Of a stretch of 64,000 bases of DNA, positions 19,726 through 29,274 are shown one piece after another; the first letter of the stretch is position 1; each line of letters begins with the position of its first letter. Source of the DNA: an uncultured bacterium (GTDB taxonomy: Bacteria; Oederibacteriota; JAAXVQ01; JAUVAV01); contig CAVQBK010000003.1 in assembly GCA_963710755.1 (NCBI GenBank), positions 544,001 through 608,000 of the forward strand, given 5' to 3'. The position numbers were made by a program, and so were the translations under genes. The notes beneath the pieces were generated by a model. That model saw only the letters and a program-made list of their open reading frames with translations, was not told the origin of the DNA and did not search any database.

Positions 19726-20169
19726 ATGAGTGAAGATAGTAATCGCTACCAGCTTGCGGTAATCGAAACCAATAAGGGCATCATCCAATTTAAGTTTTTT
19801 AAAGACGATGCTCCACAAACCGTGGCCAACTTCATCAAATTGGTGGAAGAACATTTCTACGAGCATCTGACCTGGCATCGGGTAGTACCGGGTTTTGTCA
19901 TTCAGGGGGGCTGTCCCCAAGGCGACGGCACCGGGGGGCCCGGCTACACCATCAAGGCGGAGTTTAATGCGCGCCCCCATCTAAGCGGCACAGTAGCTAT
20001 GGCGCGTGCTTTTGATCCTGACAGTGCGGGCAGTCAATTTTATATTTGTTTAAATCCGCAACCCAGTTTGGACGGCAAGTATACGGTTTTCGGGCAAGTA
20101 ACCGAAGGCATGGATGTGGTGCAAGCCATCACTGTTGGTGATGAGATAAAAAAAATCACGGTACAATGA
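19726..20169 (+). CDS. Cyclophilin-type PPIase, cytoplasmic paralogue
   Basis: [13 protein letters not shown] and SAGSQFYI motifs; AGGAG precedes ATG 19726. Confidence 0.92.
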   Translation: MSEDSNRYQLAVIETNKGIIQFKFFKDDAPQTVANFIKLVEEHFYEHLTWHRVVPGFVIQGGCPQGDGTGGPGYTIKAEFNARPHLSGTVAMARAFDPDSAGSQFYICLNPQPSLDGKYTVFGQVTEGMDVVQAITVGDEIKKITVQ

Positions 20170-20177
20170 AAAAAATT

Positions 20178-20206
20178 TTAAGTAAGAAGAGATTACATCG
20201 ATACTA
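20178..20206 (+). promoter_or_regulatory. Putative sigma-28 (FliA/WhiG) promoter upstream of the histone-like gene
   Basis: TTAAG-N16-CGATACTA, with the same spacing and the same 8-nt -10 box as the motif at 40220-40248. Confidence 0.45.
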
Positions 20207-20324
20207 ACGCTAACAATAAAATATTTTATACATTAAAAAAAAGTTCGTTCCAAAGTGAAAGTGTGTTATAAAAAAACAAAGGTGCTTTCAAAACTATTTC
20301 AACAAATCTCAAGGAGGACATGAA

Positions 20325-20492
20325 ATGGCAGTAAAAAAAGCGGCAAAAAAAGTAGCAAAGAAACCTGTTAAGAAGGCTGTTAAGAAAGTAGCAAAGAAAG
20401 CAGCTAAGAAGGCAGTGAAAAAGGTTGCGAAAAAAGCTGTGAAGAAGACTGCTAAGAAAGCCACCGCAAAAAAAGTAGCAAAAAAGAAATAG
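20325..20492 (+). CDS. Histone H1-like Lys/Ala-rich DNA-binding protein, 55 aa (not in the ORF track)
   Basis: AAGGAGG RBS; MAVKKAAKKVAKKPVKKAVKKVAKKAAKKAVKKVAKKAVKKTAKKATAKKVAKKK*; followed by a terminator. Confidence 0.88.
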   Translation: MAVKKAAKKVAKKPVKKAVKKVAKKAAKKAVKKVAKKAVKKTAKKATAKKVAKKK

Positions 20493-20521
20493 CATTAAAC
20501 GCATCGCTAGATGCAGTTAAT

Positions 20522-20558
20522 AAAAAAAGAGGAGAACCATTGGTTCTCCTCTTTTTTT
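20522..20558. terminator. Bidirectional intrinsic terminator
   Basis: A7-GAGGAGAACC-ATT-GGTTCTCCTC-T7. Confidence 0.9.
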
Positions 20559-20877
20559 ATATCCTATACGGCCTTACCTCTGCGGCCTTGATCAATAGCA
20601 TTCCTTAACTTTTTGCCTAAGATTTCATGTCTGCAAGACATAGGTTTTTGCACAGCCGAAGGCATCCCATTATAAAAATACCTTAACCGGGCGGGCTTGA
20701 CGTTTTGCGCCTCTACAATTAAAGAAGATCACAAAAAAGGACAACTCCTGTTCCTATTTTTAACTTGGTGACCTTTGCGTCCTTTGTGTGATAAGTCGCA
20801 ATTAAGTCATACTTTGGCCGTTTAAGAAAGAGTTTCCCCGATAGGAGCTGCGAACCAGGCTATCATGACAAGCGGTA

Positions 20878-20906
20878 TTGACAGATGATCACCGGCCTTG
20901 TATGCT
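20878..20906 (+). promoter_or_regulatory. Sigma-70 promoter of the pyr operon
   Basis: TTGACA-N17-TATGCT. Confidence 0.7.
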
Positions 20907-20924
20907 GGCGGTAATTGAATCCCT

Positions 20925-20996
20925 AATCCTTTAAACTGGTTCTGTGAGGCTGGTAAGGATGCATGCCGGGGCACCCCCTGTGGCACTTTCTCCTTT
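20925..20996 (+). promoter_or_regulatory. PyrR-binding leader element with a possible attenuator hairpin
   Basis: CCTTTAA-actGGTTCTGTGAGGCTgg-TAAGG resembles the PyrR-loop consensus (CUUUAA..AGUCCNGNGAGGYU..AAGG). A GC hairpin and pyrimidine run follow. Confidence 0.7.
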
Positions 20997-21085
20997 CATC
21001 CGCATACTCCAGTTCAAGGTTAAGGCTTAACAGGACAGCATTTCTTTTTAGTACTTGCACGCCCGAGCATTACAAGGAGGCCGCC

Positions 21086-21628
21086 TTGAAGGCAGACCGT
21101 CAGATAGAACTCATGGATCATGAACATCTCCGCCGTGCGATCACCCGCATTGCCCACGAAATTTGCGAACGTAATCATGGTGTGACCGGCCTGGTTTTAG
21201 TCGGCATTGTCAAACGGGGCGATGATCTGGCCCATCGTCTGGCCGAAGAGATTGAAAAGATCGAAAAGGCTAAGGTGCCGGTGGGGGCGCTGGACATCAC
21301 CTTTCATCGGGACGACGCCCATACCCGTGCCAACATTAAAAAAAGCCAGCAACCGACCGACTTACCGTTCAGTTTAAATGACAAAAAAGTGGTGCTGGTG
21401 GATGATGTGATTTTTACCGGCCGAAGCATACGGGCCGCTATGGATGAACTCAATGATTACGGACGTCCCCAGGCCATCCAATGCGCGGTACTCATTGATC
21501 GCGGTCATCGGGAACTGCCCATCCATCCTGACTTCATAGGCAAGAACATTCCCACTGCCCGCAGTGAAAAAGTTATCGTCATCCTCGATGGCGAAAAAAA
21601 TAATGAGGGCGTCTATCTTGAAAAATAA
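21086..21628 (+). CDS. pyrR: Pyrimidine operon regulator / uracil phosphoribosyltransferase
   Basis: [27 protein letters not shown] and DRGHRELPI motifs; TTG start after AAGGAGG. Confidence 0.95.
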   Translation: MKADRQIELMDHEHLRRAITRIAHEICERNHGVTGLVLVGIVKRGDDLAHRLAEEIEKIEKAKVPVGALDITFHRDDAHTRANIKKSQQPTDLPFSLNDKKVVLVDDVIFTGRSIRAAMDELNDYGRPQAIQCAVLIDRGHRELPIHPDFIGKNIPTARSEKVIVILDGEKNNEGVYLEK

Positions 21629-21657
21629 TCACTCGTCTTTCGGAGAGGAGGCCGGCG

Positions 21658-22596
21658 GTGGGACTTGACCGCAAAGATCTGCTGGGGCTGGAGGAACTGT
21701 CCAAGGAAGAAATCTTGGAAATTCTGGACACGGCTGAATCCTTCAAAGAAGTGGTGCAACGGCCCATTAAGAAAGTGCCCTCGCTACGGGGCAAAACGGT
21801 GATTAATTTATTCTTCGAACCGTCCACCCGCACGCGAACGTCATTTGAATTGGCCGCCAAGCGTCTTTCGGCGGATGTGGTCAACTTTACAGCCTCGTCC
21901 TCCAGTTTGAAAAAAGGCGAGAGCCTGCTGGACACGGTAAAAAATATTCAGGCCATGAATGTTCAATCCATTATCATGCGTCATTCCAGTTCCGGGGCCG
22001 TGGCCATGGTGGCCAGGAATGTTGATGCCCATGTGATCAACGCCGGCGACGGCACCCATGAACATCCCACCCAGGGTCTACTCGACATGTTCACCATCCG
22101 GGAACGCAAGGGCGGTCTGGATAATAAAATCATCACGCTGGTGGGCGACATCACTCATTCACGCGTGGCCCGCTCCAATATTCATGGACTTTTAAAATTC
22201 GGCGCCACGGTGCGCGTGGTGGGCCCGGCCACCTTGGTGCCCAAACGGTTTGCCGAGTTGGGCGTGGAGATTCATCACCGTCTGGAAGACGCCTTGGTGG
22301 ATGCCGATGTCATCAATATTCTGCGCATTCAATTGGAACGTCAGGACGGCCAGCTTTTTCCCAGTGCGCGCGAGTATGCCAACCTCTACGGTGTTAATGC
22401 CCGGCGCCTGTCATTGGCCAAACCGGATGTGCTGATCATGCATCCCGGACCCATGAACAGGGGTATTGAAATTTCTCCGCGGGTGGCGGACGGTCCACAT
22501 TCGGTCATCCTCAATCAAGTCACCAACGGGGTGGCGGTACGTATGGCTATTTTGTATTTGCTCTCGGGAGGTGCGGTGGATGAAGCTGCTCATTAA
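21658..22596 (+). CDS. pyrB: Aspartate carbamoyltransferase
   Basis: [21 protein letters not shown] and HPGPMNRG motifs. Confidence 0.96.
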   Translation: MGLDRKDLLGLEELSKEEILEILDTAESFKEVVQRPIKKVPSLRGKTVINLFFEPSTRTRTSFELAAKRLSADVVNFTASSSSLKKGESLLDTVKNIQAMNVQSIIMRHSSSGAVAMVARNVDAHVINAGDGTHEHPTQGLLDMFTIRERKGGLDNKIITLVGDITHSRVARSNIHGLLKFGATVRVVGPATLVPKRFAELGVEIHHRLEDALVDADVINILRIQLERQDGQLFPSAREYANLYGVNARRLSLAKPDVLIMHPGPMNRGIEISPRVADGPHSVILNQVTNGVAVRMAILYLLSGGAVDEAAH

Positions 22597-23881
22597 AAAC
22601 GGAATCATCATCGATCCCAAACACGGGATTCATCAACCGGGGCAGGTAGGGATTGAAGACGGCCGGGTGGTCAGGGTGACCGGACCGGAAGAAAGTCCGG
22701 TGGATAAGCCGGACCAGGTGATTGATGCCCAAGGCCTGGTGGTGGCGCCCGGGTTGGTGGACATGCATGTTCACCTGCGTGAACCGGGTTATGAATACAA
22801 AGAAACCATTGCTTCCGGTACTCGGGCGGCTGCGGCCGGCGGCATCACCAGTGTGGCCTGTATGCCCAACACCAATCCGCCTATTGATAACCTGGCCATG
22901 GTGGAGTTGATTCTGTCCAAAGCTAAAACCCAAGGCGTGGTTAATGTTTATCCTCTGGCCTCCATTACCAAAGGCCGGGCGGGCAAGGAATTGTCGGAGA
23001 TGGGCGAATTGAAAGCTGCCGGCGTGGTGGCCGTTACGGATGACGGGGATCCAGTGGAATCACCGGCCTTGATGCGCAGCGCCCTGCTTTATGCCAATAT
23101 GCTCGATCTCTTGATCATCAATCATGCGGAAGACAAATCTCTGGCCAAGAAAGGCGTGGCTCATGCCGGCTTTACGGCAACCAAGCTGGGGCTGCCCAGT
23201 GTGCCCCGCTCGGCGATGGAAATAATGATCGCCCGCGATATTATTCTGGCGGAAGAAACCGGCAGCCGCATCCACATCCCCCACGTGTCCACCCAAGGGG
23301 CGGTACGCATGATCCGGGAAGCCAAAGCACGGGGTGTTAAGGTCACAGCAGAAACAGCGCCGCATTACCTCACCCTCACCGATGCCTGTCTGGAAACTTT
23401 TGATACCAACTTCCGGGTTAACCCGCCCATTCCCGAAGCCAGCGATCAGGAAGCCTTACTGGCCGGGGTCTGTGACGGCACCATTGATGTTATTGCCACT
23501 GACCATGCACCTCACTCCCGGCGGGAAAAGGAAATGGAGTTCGATCAAGCCGCACCCGGTATTTGTGGACTTGAGACCAGCTTGTCTTTATGCCTGCATG
23601 CCTTGGTGGCAACAGGCCGCATGAGCCTGCCCGACCTGGTGGCCAGCATGTCCTTTAAACCGGCCGCCATTCTGGGTATTCCCAAAGGCAGCCTTGGTCC
23701 TGGCGATGATGCGGATATAGTTATTTTTGATCCTAAACGCAAGCGGATCATTGACCGCCACCGTTTTATCAGCCAATCGGATAATACGCCTTTTCATGGC
23801 TGGGAAGTGACGGGTGATGTGGCCATGACCTTGGTGGCCGGCAACGTCATTTATCAAAACGATTGGTTTAAATCCGCCTAA
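22580..23881 (+). CDS. pyrC: Dihydroorotase
   Basis: [14 protein letters not shown] and ATDHAPH motifs. Confidence 0.95.
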   Translation: MKLLIKNGIIIDPKHGIHQPGQVGIEDGRVVRVTGPEESPVDKPDQVIDAQGLVVAPGLVDMHVHLREPGYEYKETIASGTRAAAAGGITSVACMPNTNPPIDNLAMVELILSKAKTQGVVNVYPLASITKGRAGKELSEMGELKAAGVVAVTDDGDPVESPALMRSALLYANMLDLLIINHAEDKSLAKKGVAHAGFTATKLGLPSVPRSAMEIMIARDIILAEETGSRIHIPHVSTQGAVRMIREAKARGVKVTAETAPHYLTLTDACLETFDTNFRVNPPIPEASDQEALLAGVCDGTIDVIATDHAPHSRREKEMEFDQAAPGICGLETSLSLCLHALVATGRMSLPDLVASMSFKPAAILGIPKGSLGPGDDADIVIFDPKRKRIIDRHRFISQSDNTPFHGWEVTGDVAMTLVAGNVIYQNDWFKSA

Positions 23882-23929
23882 TGTCCCTATGAGGACAAGG
23901 ACTTTAACAACCCTAGTTTTAGGAAGCCT

Positions 23930-24688
23930 ATGATAGCTAAACTGATCAAGAAAAAAGAGTTTGGTCTTTATGCTCATCTGGTGCTCGAGGCACCGGGCCT
24001 GGCACGCCGGGCCCGACCCGGCCAGTTCGTGGAAGTTAAAATTACCGGGCCGGGGGCTCCTTTCTGGAGACGTCCTTTTTCCATTTGCCGCAGCCGGGGT
24101 AATACCATTGAGCTGCTCATCAAGCAGGTGGGCCAAGGCAGTGCACTCTTGCGGCAGACCCCGCTACAGGCACCGCTTGATCTCCTGGGTCCCTTGGGTA
24201 ATCATTTTGAACATCAAGGTAAAAGCCCGGCGGTGTTGGTCGGCGGGGGCTTCGGGGTGGCGCCCTTATTGTTTCTGGCGGAGACGCTGCAGGCCAAACG
24301 CATTCCCATGGACATTATGATCGGTGGACGCTGCCAAGAGGATCTGCTGCTGCGCAAGGAACTGGGCTTAACCGGCGCCCGGGTGGCCTGCACTACGGAT
24401 GACGGCAGCTTCGGCCAACAAGGACTGGTGACGCAGCTGCTGGAAGAAAGACTGCAACAGCAAACTAAAAACCTCACAATCTATTGTGCCGGGCCTTGGC
24501 CCATGATGGCCGCTGTAGCCAAGTTGTGTCAGACCTACCGGGTGGCCTGTCAGGTTTCCCTGGAAGAAGTTATGGCCTGTGGCCTGGGGGTTTGCAATGG
24601 GTGCGTGGTGACAGTTCAGAACCGCTACCAGCGAGTTTGCAAAGACGGCCCGATTTTTAAAGGTGAGGATGTGACATGGCAACGTTAA
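23930..24688 (+). CDS. pyrK: Dihydroorotate dehydrogenase electron transfer subunit
   Basis: RRPFS, GPLGN, GGGFGVAP and MACGLGVCNGC...CKDGP motifs. Confidence 0.93.
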   Translation: MIAKLIKKKEFGLYAHLVLEAPGLARRARPGQFVEVKITGPGAPFWRRPFSICRSRGNTIELLIKQVGQGSALLRQTPLQAPLDLLGPLGNHFEHQGKSPAVLVGGGFGVAPLLFLAETLQAKRIPMDIMIGGRCQEDLLLRKELGLTGARVACTTDDGSFGQQGLVTQLLEERLQQQTKNLTIYCAGPWPMMAAVAKLCQTYRVACQVSLEEVMACGLGVCNGCVVTVQNRYQRVCKDGPIFKGEDVTWQR

Positions 24689-25611
24689 AAAAATCTTCCT
24701 CCCTCGATTTATCCATAACCCTGGGACGGCTGAAATTGCGCAATCCCGTGTTGCTGGCTTCAGGTACCTGCGGCTATGGCCTGGAACTGGAACCTTACCT
24801 GGATTTCCGGCAGGTGGGCGGCCTGGTGGCCAAGAGTGTGACCTTGGCGCCGCGGCCGGGCAATAAGATGCCCAGGGTGGTGGAATGCCAGGCAGGTATG
24901 CTCAATGCCATTGGCCTGGCCAATGTGGGGCTGGAAGCTTTTTGCCGGGAAAAAGCGCCGGCCATGAGCCAGCTGCCCTGTGTGGTCTTGGCCAATGTTG
25001 CCGGATCCTCCGAGGAGGAATACCTGAGCGTGGCCAAACGGCTTGATCGTGTGCCCGGCATCAAAGGGGTGGAGCTCAATGTCTCCTGTCCCAATGTGCA
25101 CGCCGGCGGCCTGGAATTTGGCCGCGATCCCAAAGTGCTGGGTCGGCTGGTCAAGCATGTGCGCCGGCAGTTGCGCAAACCTTTGTGGGTGAAACTATCT
25201 CCCAATGTAACGGACATCGTGCCTTTGGCCCGCGCGGCTGAGGAAAACGGCGCTGAAGCGCTCACGGTCATCAACACCCTTATCGGCATGCGCATGGACA
25301 TTGACAAGCAAAAGCCGGTGCTGGCCAACATCACCGGCGGTCTTTCCGGACCGGCCATCAAACCGGTGGCTTTGCATCTGGTCTATAAAGTGGCGGGCGC
25401 TGTATCCATCCCCGTGGTGGGCTGCGGCGGCATTGAAACACCGCAAGATGCCATTGAATTCTTATTGGCCGGCGCCCAAGCCGTACAGGTGGGGACAGGT
25501 ACTTTTCGCGATCCTCAAACTGCGCAAAATCTTCTGCCCGGTCTCAAGGCTTATATGCGGCGTAAAGGCTACACCCGCATCAAACAATTGGTGGGTGCGG
25601 GCAGGCCATGA
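24676..25611 (+). CDS. pyrD: Dihydroorotate dehydrogenase, class 1B
   Basis: LNAIGL.N, NVSCPNV, KLSPN and GGLSGPAIKP motifs. Confidence 0.95.
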   Translation: MATLKKSSSLDLSITLGRLKLRNPVLLASGTCGYGLELEPYLDFRQVGGLVAKSVTLAPRPGNKMPRVVECQAGMLNAIGLANVGLEAFCREKAPAMSQLPCVVLANVAGSSEEEYLSVAKRLDRVPGIKGVELNVSCPNVHAGGLEFGRDPKVLGRLVKHVRRQLRKPLWVKLSPNVTDIVPLARAAEENGAEALTVINTLIGMRMDIDKQKPVLANITGGLSGPAIKPVALHLVYKVAGAVSIPVVGCGGIETPQDAIEFLLAGAQAVQVGTGTFRDPQTAQNLLPGLKAYMRRKGYTRIKQLVGAGRP

Positions 25612-26252
25612 GCATGCAAGCTTTATTGGAAAAAGTCTATCTGCTGGATGTCACGGTCTTTCACTGGATCAACGGCCGGTTGTACATGGACTGGCTGGCG
25701 CAAATCACCTATCACTTTGCCCGTGATCAGATGATTTTACTTTTTGCCGGAGCCGGGGCCTGCTTGTATGGCTTGTGGAAAGGGTGGCGACGACTGGTGG
25801 CTCCCATGCTTTTAAGCGCGGCTGCAGTGATTCTGACCAATCTGGTTCAGAACCAAATGTTCAAACCTTTCTTTAACCGAACCCGGCCGTTTTTGGCCCT
25901 TGACCAGGTGCATCTGTCGGCGCCGTTGCGGGATCTTTCTATGGTCTCCTTGTCGTTTCCCTCTACCCATGCCGCCAGCAGCGCTGCCCTGGCCGTGGTG
26001 GTCAGCCGTCTTGATCCCAGTCTGCGCTGGCCCATGCTGGCTCTGGCCTTGATGATCGGTTTTTTTACAGTTTACTCGGGCGGACATTTTCCGCTGGACG
26101 TGCTGGCTGGTTATGTGGTGGGCGCTCTGGTGGGATGGGGCATCACCGCTCTGGCTAAACAAGGGGGGGTGCATGTTCCGGTCGCGCCGGCTATCAGGGA
26201 ACAGGGCTTGACCAGCAGTTCTGATTCAGAGGAGTTTGCAGATGAAAAGTAA
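25608..26252 (+). CDS. PAP2-family membrane phosphatase
   Basis: K..F.R.RP, SFPSTHA and HFPLDV motifs. Confidence 0.85.
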   Translation: MSMQALLEKVYLLDVTVFHWINGRLYMDWLAQITYHFARDQMILLFAGAGACLYGLWKGWRRLVAPMLLSAAAVILTNLVQNQMFKPFFNRTRPFLALDQVHLSAPLRDLSMVSLSFPSTHAASSAALAVVVSRLDPSLRWPMLALALMIGFFTVYSGGHFPLDVLAGYVVGALVGWGITALAKQGGVHVPVAPAIREQGLTSSSDSEEFADEK

Positions 26253-27333
26253 ATCACGTTGCTTATGGCCAGGCGCCGTGCTGGGACTGTTGCTAATCAT
26301 GGTCAACTGGTCCGGTGCCGAGGTTAGGTCAGTCCCCACGGTGGTCATTCCCGTGCTCTGTTACCATCGTTTTGGACCGGTCGCCGAACACAATGTTTAT
26401 GCTGTGACTGAAAAGGAATTTGAAGCGCAATTGGCTATTATTGCCCAGGAACAATATACACCCATGACCGTCAAGGAGGTCTTGGATGCGCGTGCCGGCA
26501 AGCGCCCTTGGCCGGCCAAACCACTTCTTATCACTATTGATGACGGGTACGCAGATTTCATGACCTATGGTAAACCTAGCCTGGATAAGCGGGGATATAA
26601 AGCCACCTTGTTTGTGTACACTGATTTCATCGGCTCCAAGCTCGGTCTTTCACCGGCACAATTGCAGTCATTGACTGAGGCAGGTTATGAAATCGGCTCA
26701 CACACCAAGACCCACGGCAAGCTGACCAAATTTGGTCCCAACGAAACCATAGAAACTCATCAGCAGCGTCTGGACCTGGAAATGACAATCTCCAAAGAAA
26801 AAATTGAAGCCTGGACCAAGGAGCCCGTGGTGGCCTTGGCCTATCCCTATGGGCTCTGGGACCGCCAGGCAGGAGCGGCGGCGCAGGCGGCAGGATATCA
26901 ATTGTTGTTCACGGTCTGCAAAGGCAGCAATGCGCCCGATACAGACCCTATGCGCTGGCATCGCACCATGATCGTGCATGGTGTCAGTACCACCACGTTT
27001 AAGCGTCTGCTGCGGGAAAAACCACTGCGTTTACTGTCGCGCCGGCCTGAACCGGGCGCCCGGGTGTTGGGCCCTCTCACGACTATTGAAGCAACCTTGA
27101 GCGAAGACATGCGGACCGGCCAGGTATTTAAAACATTGGTTGCCAAGAGCGGTGCTTCAGTATATTCTGTGAAGATTAATAAAGCCACCGGCCTGCTTCG
27201 TATCGCCCTCCCCCGTCCCTGGCAAAATGGAGCTGATCAAATAACCCTAACCGCCCGGGATGGCCATGGTCAGATGTATCGCGAAAGCTGGTTGCTGGTG
27301 GTGGTAAAGCACGAAAGTGAGGCCCTGCCATGA
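26242..27333 (+). CDS. Secreted polysaccharide deacetylase (CE4/NodB family)
   Basis: Signal peptide; LCYHR, TIDDG, GSHTKTH and AYPYG motifs. Confidence 0.88.
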   Translation: MKSKSRCLWPGAVLGLLLIMVNWSGAEVRSVPTVVIPVLCYHRFGPVAEHNVYAVTEKEFEAQLAIIAQEQYTPMTVKEVLDARAGKRPWPAKPLLITIDDGYADFMTYGKPSLDKRGYKATLFVYTDFIGSKLGLSPAQLQSLTEAGYEIGSHTKTHGKLTKFGPNETIETHQQRLDLEMTISKEKIEAWTKEPVVALAYPYGLWDRQAGAAAQAAGYQLLFTVCKGSNAPDTDPMRWHRTMIVHGVSTTTFKRLLREKPLRLLSRRPEPGARVLGPLTTIEATLSEDMRTGQVFKTLVAKSGASVYSVKINKATGLLRIALPRPWQNGADQITLTARDGHGQMYRESWLLVVVKHESEALP

Positions 27334-28094
27334 CCGTGAATGTTAAAGACCGCCTGTTTGTTGCCCTTGATGTGGATGATATCAAAAACGCCGAATTGAT
27401 CATGAATAAAATGCAGGGCGTGGTCACACAATATAAATTGGGCACGCAATTACTGACCGCCGCCGGACCAAGCGCGGTGATGCACGTACGGCGCCGCGGT
27501 TTCGGGGTTTTTTATGACGCCAAATTTCACGACATTCCCAATACCGTGGCCAGTGCCGTGACCAATGCCTGCCGTATCGGGGCCACGATTGTTAATGTTC
27601 ATGCCAGCGGTGGCAAAGAGATGATGAAAGCCGCCGCCAAGGCTGCGGCCGAGGTGGCCAAGAAAATGCGCCAGCCCAGAACCTTGGTGCTGGGGGTTAC
27701 CATTTTAACCTCGATGAATCAAAAAACGTTGGAAGAAGAACTATTCATCAAACGCAAAATACAAACGCAGGTGGTGCATTTGGCCAAATTGGCCATGGCT
27801 TCGGGATTGGACGGGGTAGTGGCCAGCCCTCATGAAATCGTCGCCATCCGCAAGGCTTGCGGACCGGACTTTGTGATTCTGACGCCGGGCATACGGCCGG
27901 CCGGCAGCGAAGCCGGCGATCAAAAACGCATTATGACTCCCCGCCAGGCCATTGCCGCCGGTGCGGATTATATTGTGATTGGCCGCCCCATTCTGCAGGC
28001 TCCTGATCCTCTGCGGGTGGTTCGTGCGGTTTACGAAGAAATGGAGGAGGCGGTCAAAACCTATGAAAGCGCAAGACGTTCGCACACTGTTTGA
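27330..28094 (+). CDS. pyrF: Orotidine-5'-phosphate decarboxylase
   Basis: VALD, DAKFHDIPNTV, TPGIR and DQKR motifs. Confidence 0.96.
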   Translation: MTVNVKDRLFVALDVDDIKNAELIMNKMQGVVTQYKLGTQLLTAAGPSAVMHVRRRGFGVFYDAKFHDIPNTVASAVTNACRIGATIVNVHASGGKEMMKAAAKAAAEVAKKMRQPRTLVLGVTILTSMNQKTLEEELFIKRKIQTQVVHLAKLAMASGLDGVVASPHEIVAIRKACGPDFVILTPGIRPAGSEAGDQKRIMTPRQAIAAGADYIVIGRPILQAPDPLRVVRAVYEEMEEAVKTYESARRSHTV

Positions 28095-28656
28095 AGAAGC
28101 CCAGGCTCTGTTAAGCGGCCATTTTATTCTCAGTTCAGGCAATCATTCCAACCAGTATTTGCAGTGCGCCCTGGTGACTCAATATCCGGGCATGGCCAGT
28201 CAATTGGCCGAGGCTCTGGCCGAGTCCTATAAAGACCAGAATGTGCAAGTGGTCCTGGGTCCGGCTTTGGGCGGAGTGGTGATTGCCCAGGAGGTGGCTC
28301 AAGCCCTCTACCGCCTTGGTCAAAAGGGGGTGCGGGCTTTATTCTGCGAACGGGTTGACGGCCGCATGACCTTGCGCCGCGGGTTTAGCCTCAAGCCCGG
28401 TGAACGGGTGCTGGCCGTGGAAGATGTGATTACTACCGGCGGATCGGTAAAAGAGGCCATTAACCTGGCCAAAAGTTTCGAGGCCGAGGTCATTGGCGTG
28501 GGGACGTTTGTGGACCGCAGCAGCGAATCGCCGCAATTGGGCGCACCCCTGACGGCGCTGCTTAAGGTGGAAGCTGAGATTTATCCATCCCAAAACTGTC
28601 CCTTGTGTCAAGCCGGGGTGGAAGCGGTTAAACCGGGAAGCCGGGGACTTAAATAA
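28063..28656 (+). CDS. pyrE: Orotate phosphoribosyltransferase
   Basis: GHF.LSSG.HS..Y, VEDVITTGGS and KPGSR motifs. Confidence 0.94.
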   Translation: MKAQDVRTLFEEAQALLSGHFILSSGNHSNQYLQCALVTQYPGMASQLAEALAESYKDQNVQVVLGPALGGVVIAQEVAQALYRLGQKGVRALFCERVDGRMTLRRGFSLKPGERVLAVEDVITTGGSVKEAINLAKSFEAEVIGVGTFVDRSSESPQLGAPLTALLKVEAEIYPSQNCPLCQAGVEAVKPGSRGLK

Positions 28657-28726
28657 GGCTGTGTCCTCAAGGGTCAACGCAGCGCAGGGCTTAATCGCGA
28701 TTATTATTTAAAAAGGAGAACACCCT

Positions 28727-29155
28727 ATGCCTGTTAAAGCTGGTGATAAAGTAAAAGTGGAATACCGCGGGACATTGGAGGACGGGTCCACCTTTGATGA
28801 ATCCACCGCAGGAGAACCCCTGGAAGTGGTCGTTGGTCAGGAACAATTGATCAGCGGCGTGGAAAAAGCTCTGCTGGGCATGGAGCCGGGACAAACCAAA
28901 ATTGTGACCATCGGGCCGGAGGACGCTTACGGCCAGGTGGAAGAAGGCCTGAGCACGCAAGTGAAGCGGGAACAACTGCCTATGGATGTGGAGTTAAAAC
29001 CGGGCATGATCATGGAGATCAGATCCAGTGATGGCAAACAATCCATGAACGTCACCATTACAGACATCAAGGATGACCAGGTGACTATTGATGCCAATCA
29101 TCCACTGGCCGGCAAGACTTTGAATTTTCATCTCAAGGTAGTCGAAATTCTGTAA
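28727..29155 (+). CDS. FKBP-type PPIase (SlyD/SlpA-like, no His-rich tail)
   Basis: Y.GTLEDG..FD, AYG and DANHPLAGK motifs. Confidence 0.92.
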   Translation: MPVKAGDKVKVEYRGTLEDGSTFDESTAGEPLEVVVGQEQLISGVEKALLGMEPGQTKIVTIGPEDAYGQVEEGLSTQVKREQLPMDVELKPGMIMEIRSSDGKQSMNVTITDIKDDQVTIDANHPLAGKTLNFHLKVVEIL

Positions 29156-29274
29156 CCCCGGAACTCACCCCTGTCCTTGTTTTTACGTTGTGACAGCGAC
29201 TAAAACGCTTCCACTGCCCGGTATGAACGTCACGGTTGCTTGTGGCACGGCCGTTTATAACAAATAAAGGTGTG

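Noticed and set aside
20226-20504. 92-aa Phe/Cys/Leu-rich minus-strand ORF
   Set aside because: Antisense shadow of the Lys-rich histone-like gene, which has the RBS and terminator.
29243-29260. TGGCAC possible sigma-54 promoter before the acyltransferase
   Set aside because: No GC at the -12 position.
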